Assembly: GCA_046593625.1 (NCBI GenBank)
Contig: JBKJNN010000121.1
Coordinates: 1 to 10,495, forward strand
DNA length: 10,495 bases
Direction of reading: 5' to 3'
DNA from: Gemmatimonadaceae bacterium
Lineage (GTDB): Bacteria > Gemmatimonadota > Gemmatimonadetes > Gemmatimonadales > Gemmatimonadaceae
Of the stretch, positions 7,233 to 10,495 are shown in pieces; position 1 is the stretch's first letter; every line of letters begins with the position of its first letter. The position numbers and the translations under genes were made by a program. The notes under the pieces are model-generated. The model was not told the DNA's origin and did not search any database. It saw only the letters and a program-made list of their open reading frames with translations.

Positions 7233-8408
7233 CTAGCCCGGAGTCGTCGGTTGCTCGGCTCCGGGTTCTACCTTGTTCCCTTCCACCCCGTCATCTGCCC
7301 GCTTCTCCTCGCTAATCGACGGCAACGCCGCCACATCTATCCAGCCATTCTCTGCTGCATGCTTCGCTGCGCCGAGCGTATCCTCCGCCAGCAACAACGA
7401 AGACTTATCCGCCAACACCTCCTCGGCGAGTTTCGCCACCGACGCCGACCGCTCGGCTGACCGCGTGACGTCCCGAATGTAAATCGCCTGAATTCGTCCA
7501 GGAAACTCAGTGACGATCGTCCGGTAAATCTCCGGATCCTGCTGGCTGCTGTCGCCAATGAGTATGAATGGAAGTCCGGGATACGCACCGAGTATGTCGC
7601 GAATGATTCCGGTTTTGTGCTCCAGGTGACGAGATGAGGAAAAAGCGCCGAGGTTGATATCCCAGTCGCGCAGCATCAGCGGGCCTTTCGGAATGTTCTG
7701 GAGCTCCAGGAACTCGGAGATCACGTCGAAGATGTTCCACGGGCTGCTCGACACGTAGAAGATGGGATTCTTCTCGTCACCTGAGGCGCCGTCGCGAAGT
7801 GCGCGGTAGAAAGCGGCGACGCCGGGGAAGGGAAGACGCGTGCGTGCGTTGCCGAGCATGACGGTGCGTGCTGCCTGAATGAAGCTGGACACACGCGATT
7901 GAATAACGGTGTCGTCTATGTCACTGATTACGCCGAAGCGGGCACCCCGTTGAACGTTTGCGATCTCGCCCGATCCAGTCACGATGGCTGCGTCGGGAGC
8001 GCGCGGTGAGACAACGTCCACGATGTATTCGAGCCACTCGTCTGTCAGATCACCGGTCGAACCGTCAACCCAGCCGCCGAAGAATCCTTCGTCGTTGGCG
8101 GTCATCCCCGCGATCGAATCGCCGTATTTCACCTCAAGCTTCGCGTAGGGAACCGGATCGCTGTCGGCACGGCGGTACGTACGGAGGAGGTTGCGCAGTG
8201 TCGAGTCGCCTTTGGTGCTCGCGCCAAGGTCACGCTTCTGAATCACTCTCCCATAGACCCAGGTACGCTCCGGATTGCAGTAGCCCCTGTAACAGACGAC
8301 CTCGTGCGGATCGTCATCGATTCTCGACTTGACGATACGAACTGCCGCACCCGCTGCCTTCCCAAGCTTCTTGAGAACATAGCCTGCCTCTTCTTTCCAC
8401 TCGCTCAT
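7233..8408 (-). CDS. App1-family (DUF2183) phosphatidate phosphatase-like protein with a DxDxT phosphatase motif.
   Basis: The ORF frame is open from 8510. The likely true start is the ATG at 8408..8406 (MSEWKEEAGYVLKKL...), which has a GAGG ~4 nt upstream. The 34 codons further upstream read like noncoding sequence and would overlap the divergent patatin gene. The motif FGVISDIDDTVIQS matches the DIDDT catalytic motif of yeast App1 / DUF2183. Conserved flanking blocks are DDPHEVVCYRGYCNP and IFYVSSSPWN. Confidence 0.65.
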   Translation of the reverse strand: MSEWKEEAGYVLKKLGKAAGAAVRIVKSRIDDDPHEVVCYRGYCNPERTWVYGRVIQKRDLGASTKGDSTLRNLLRTYRRADSDPVPYAKLEVKYGDSIAGMTANDEGFFGGWVDGSTGDLTDEWLEYIVDVVSPRAPDAAIVTGSGEIANVQRGARFGVISDIDDTVIQSRVSSFIQAARTVMLGNARTRLPFPGVAAFYRALRDGASGDEKNPIFYVSSSPWNIFDVISEFLELQNIPKGPLMLRDWDINLGAFSSSRHLEHKTGIIRDILGAYPGLPFILIGDSSQQDPEIYRTIVTEFPGRIQAIYIRDVTRSAERSASVAKLAEEVLADKSSLLLAEDTLGAAKHAAENGWIDVAALPSISEEKRADDGVEGNKVEPGAEQPTTPG

Positions 8409-8456
8409 GCCGCCTCGCATTGCGGTTTGCGTGCCACGTGCGTTTGGTCCTAATTC

Positions 8457-9686
8457 ATGCTCTCCTGGAACAGCGAGGATCAGAACGTGGCGCCAATTCC
8501 CGAGAAGCACCTTCCCGACGCAAATCGAAGTGGCGGCCTTTGCCTGTGCCTCTCAGGCGGCGGATTCCGCGCTACACTGTTTCACCTTGGTGTACTGCGT
8601 CGGCTGAATGAGCTTGGTCTCATGGGCCAGCTTGCATCCGTTACATCGGTTTCGGGCGGTAGCTACATGTCGCTCTGCCTCGCGAAAGCGATGATCGACG
8701 CTCCACTCACTAACGGCAACCTTTCGAATTTCCAGGAGATGGTGGATCAGGTCCACGCCATCACCAGCTACAACCTCCGGAAGCGCATCTTCATCGAAAA
8801 GGCGGAGCCGACGCACTGGCGTACGCAGTTCGCAGATCTCGTGGTGAGCGAACTTGAGAACCGCTGCACGAAGAAAACGCTGGCCGACCTGCCAACGACC
8901 CCGCGCTTTTTCTTCTGCGCAACTGACATGGCATTCGGCGTGAACTGGATCTACACTCACGATCGCGCAGGCGATTATCAGGCGGGCTACAAAACGTCCC
9001 TACTGGATTCGATCTCTCTCGCACACGCGACATCGGCATCTGCATGCTTCCCGCCGGTTTTCGAGCCGATCCCCTCGGGCGTGCCCTCAGCCGATCTCGA
9101 AGGCGGTGACGCCACCGGTCCCGAAGCAGACGAATGCCGCAAGGACATCCACCTGTCCGACGGCGGCGTCTACGACAACATGGGGCTCGAGCCAGTCTGG
9201 AAAAGTGCGAACACGCTGCTTGTATCCGACGCCGGCGGTGTGTTCGGCTACGACTCCAGCAACGCCACACTCTCCGACGTCGAGCGCTACTCCGACATAC
9301 TCGGCAACCAGGCCCGCGCAGTGCGCAAGCGATGGCTCATCTCGAGCTTCGTGGCCGGATCCGGCCCGGACAGGCCGGGCCTCGAAGGCACCTACTGGGC
9401 CACCTCCGGTGTGAGGACGAGCTACGATCCCGCCGACACACTCGGCTACTCAGAGGCAGCCGCAAAGTTGATCAGTAACATTCGAACTGATCTCGATGCG
9501 TTCTCGGTTGCCGAAGCTTCGATTCTGGAGAACCACGGTTACCTGATGACGGACATCGCGATCCGGGTGCATCTCCCACAACTGTACGATTCGGCGATTT
9601 CAATGGCACCGCCTTACCCAGAATGGATGGACGAGTCAAAGGTGAAGGAAGCTCTCAAGGACAGCGCGAAGCAGCACATTCTCTGA
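8457..9686 (+). CDS. Patatin-like phospholipase (PNPLA family).
   Basis: Three motifs are readable. The oxyanion-hole motif is LCLSGGGFRA. The nucleophile-elbow motif is TSVSGGS, a G-x-S-x-G variant. The catalytic-Asp motif is SDGGVYDNMGLEP, matching DGGxxxNxP. The longest ORF starts at ATG 8457 and has no SD. An in-frame GTG at 8487 has a near-ideal GAGGA 7 nt upstream and may be the true start (399 aa). Confidence 0.85.
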   Translation: MLSWNSEDQNVAPIPEKHLPDANRSGGLCLCLSGGGFRATLFHLGVLRRLNELGLMGQLASVTSVSGGSYMSLCLAKAMIDAPLTNGNLSNFQEMVDQVHAITSYNLRKRIFIEKAEPTHWRTQFADLVVSELENRCTKKTLADLPTTPRFFFCATDMAFGVNWIYTHDRAGDYQAGYKTSLLDSISLAHATSASACFPPVFEPIPSGVPSADLEGGDATGPEADECRKDIHLSDGGVYDNMGLEPVWKSANTLLVSDAGGVFGYDSSNATLSDVERYSDILGNQARAVRKRWLISSFVAGSGPDRPGLEGTYWATSGVRTSYDPADTLGYSEAAAKLISNIRTDLDAFSVAEASILENHGYLMTDIAIRVHLPQLYDSAISMAPPYPEWMDESKVKEALKDSAKQHIL

Positions 9687-9716
9687 CCACATTCCCACTT
9701 TCAGAACCCCAGGTAA

Positions 9717-10495
9717 ATGAAAAGTCTGAAGCACGTGATTCTCGCCGCCTTAATCGTTGTCGCCTGCCGCCCAACGCCAGCCCCGCTGCCACCTCAGCCA
9801 ATTCCCGTGCAGCCTGCGGTGCTGTCACCTGTAGAAGCGCGCATTCGCACAGCAGTAGACACTCACTACGAGTCAGCAGTTGATCTCCTCAAGCAAGCCG
9901 TCAACATCCCGAGCGGCACCGGCAATCTCGCCGGCGTGCGAAAGGTCGGCGATCTCTTTGGCCAGGAACTCACGGCACTCGGATTTGAATCACAATGGGT
10001 GAGCATGCCGGCTCCAATGCGGCGCGCCGGGCACCTCGTTGCAACGCACAAAGGTGGAAGCGGCCCGCGACTGCTGCTCATAGGGCATCTCGACACCGTC
10101 TTCGAAGGCGCCGGCCAGGAATGGGTAAGGGAAGACACCGTCGCGCGCGGCGCAGGCACGAGTGACATGAAGGGTGGAGATGTCGCTATCATACTCGCGC
10201 TCCGCGCACTTGCAGACGCCGGCCGCCTCAAGGACATGAACGTCACGGTCATCATGACGGGAGACGAAGAGTCCGCGGGCGATCCGATATCTGTCGCGCG
10301 CGCAACACTGCTCGATCTCGCCCGCAACAGCGACATAGCACTCGCATTTGAAGGCGGCTCCGCAACCCGCGTCGCAATCGGTCGCCGCGGTTCGAGCGGA
10401 TGGAAACTCGAGATCAAGGGAAGGCAGGGACACTCGTCTGGCGTATTCTCCCCGGGTGCAGGCTTCGGCGCCGTATACGAAGGAGCGCGCATCAT
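9717..10495 (+). CDS. M20-family metallopeptidase (carboxypeptidase G2 / glutamate carboxypeptidase-like). It is a predicted lipoprotein and is 3'-truncated by the window edge.
   Basis: An AGGT lies just upstream of the ATG at 9717. The N-terminus MKSLKHVILAALIVVACRP carries the lipobox VVAC. M20 motifs are present: LIGHLDTVF, the metal-binding GTSDMKGG, and the Glu-Glu TGDEESAG. The frame is open to the end of the window. Confidence 0.8.
   Translation, partial: MKSLKHVILAALIVVACRPTPAPLPPQPIPVQPAVLSPVEARIRTAVDTHYESAVDLLKQAVNIPSGTGNLAGVRKVGDLFGQELTALGFESQWVSMPAPMRRAGHLVATHKGGSGPRLLLIGHLDTVFEGAGQEWVREDTVARGAGTSDMKGGDVAIILALRALADAGRLKDMNVTVIMTGDEESAGDPISVARATLLDLARNSDIALAFEGGSATRVAIGRRGSSGWKLEIKGRQGHSSGVFSPGAGFGAVYEGARI

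Noticed and set aside
8423-8446. Mirror-symmetric TTTGCGTGCCACGTGCGTTT with a central CACGTG palindrome in the phosphatase / patatin intergenic region.
   Set aside because: The symmetry is mirror, not dyad. Only the 6-bp CACGTG is a true palindrome, so the evidence is too weak to call an operator. I mention it only as a place to look if the divergent promoter is dissected.
9866-10495. A 209-aa minus-strand ORF (and 9990..10433) that appears complete with an ATG at the window end.
   Set aside because: It is antisense to an M20 peptidase frame with canonical HLDTV, DMKGG and DEE motifs. The amino-acid composition (Ala/Ser/Pro/Arg-rich) is typical of out-of-frame GC-rich translation.
1-10495. 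Checks for tRNA/rRNA genes, CRISPR arrays, and IS or transposase or integrase signatures.
   Set aside because: There are no arrays of direct repeats with spacers, no transposase- or integrase-like ORFs, no terminal inverted repeats flanking a block, and no tRNA-like cloverleaf-sized conserved segments. The window is fully accounted for by the eight protein genes and short intergenic regions.

Overview
This is a high-GC window (roughly 60-64% in most genes) from a probable diderm bacterium; the lipoprotein signals and a beta-rich secreted protein point that way. It contains eight protein-coding genes and no rRNA, tRNA, CRISPR array or IS element that I could recognise. Left to right: (1) methionine synthase MetH on the minus strand (1..2641), running off the window edge. 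The classical B12-binding motif GDVHDIGK and the N-terminal homocysteine-domain signature are readable. A ~290 bp leader / divergent promoter region precedes it and holds a possible SAM-II-like pseudoknot riboswitch with competing hairpins ending in a U6 tract. (2) A signal-peptide-bearing, beta-rich hypothetical protein (2934..3833, +). (3) A DUF1343/NamZ-type exo-beta-N-acetylmuramidase lipoprotein (3891..5156, -). (4) An NfeD-like membrane protein (5334..5906, +) and a flotillin/SPFH protein (5910..7223, +), 3 nt apart. (5) An App1/DUF2183-family phosphatidate phosphatase-like protein with a DIDDT motif (7233..8408, -). (6) A patatin-like phospholipase with GGGFRA, SVSGG and DGGVYDNMG motifs (8457..9686, +), head-to-head with the phosphatase. 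(7) A partial M20 metallopeptidase lipoprotein (9717..10495, +). Most worth a second look are the tight head-to-head phosphatidate-phosphatase / patatin pair beside the NfeD-flotillin operon (a possible membrane-lipid remodelling or microdomain module), the candidate metH leader riboswitch, a 22-bp inverted-repeat operator-like site upstream of nfeD, and a lower-GC two-gene envelope block (secreted protein + NamZ). Many long ORFs in the six-frame track are antisense artefacts of the high GC content.
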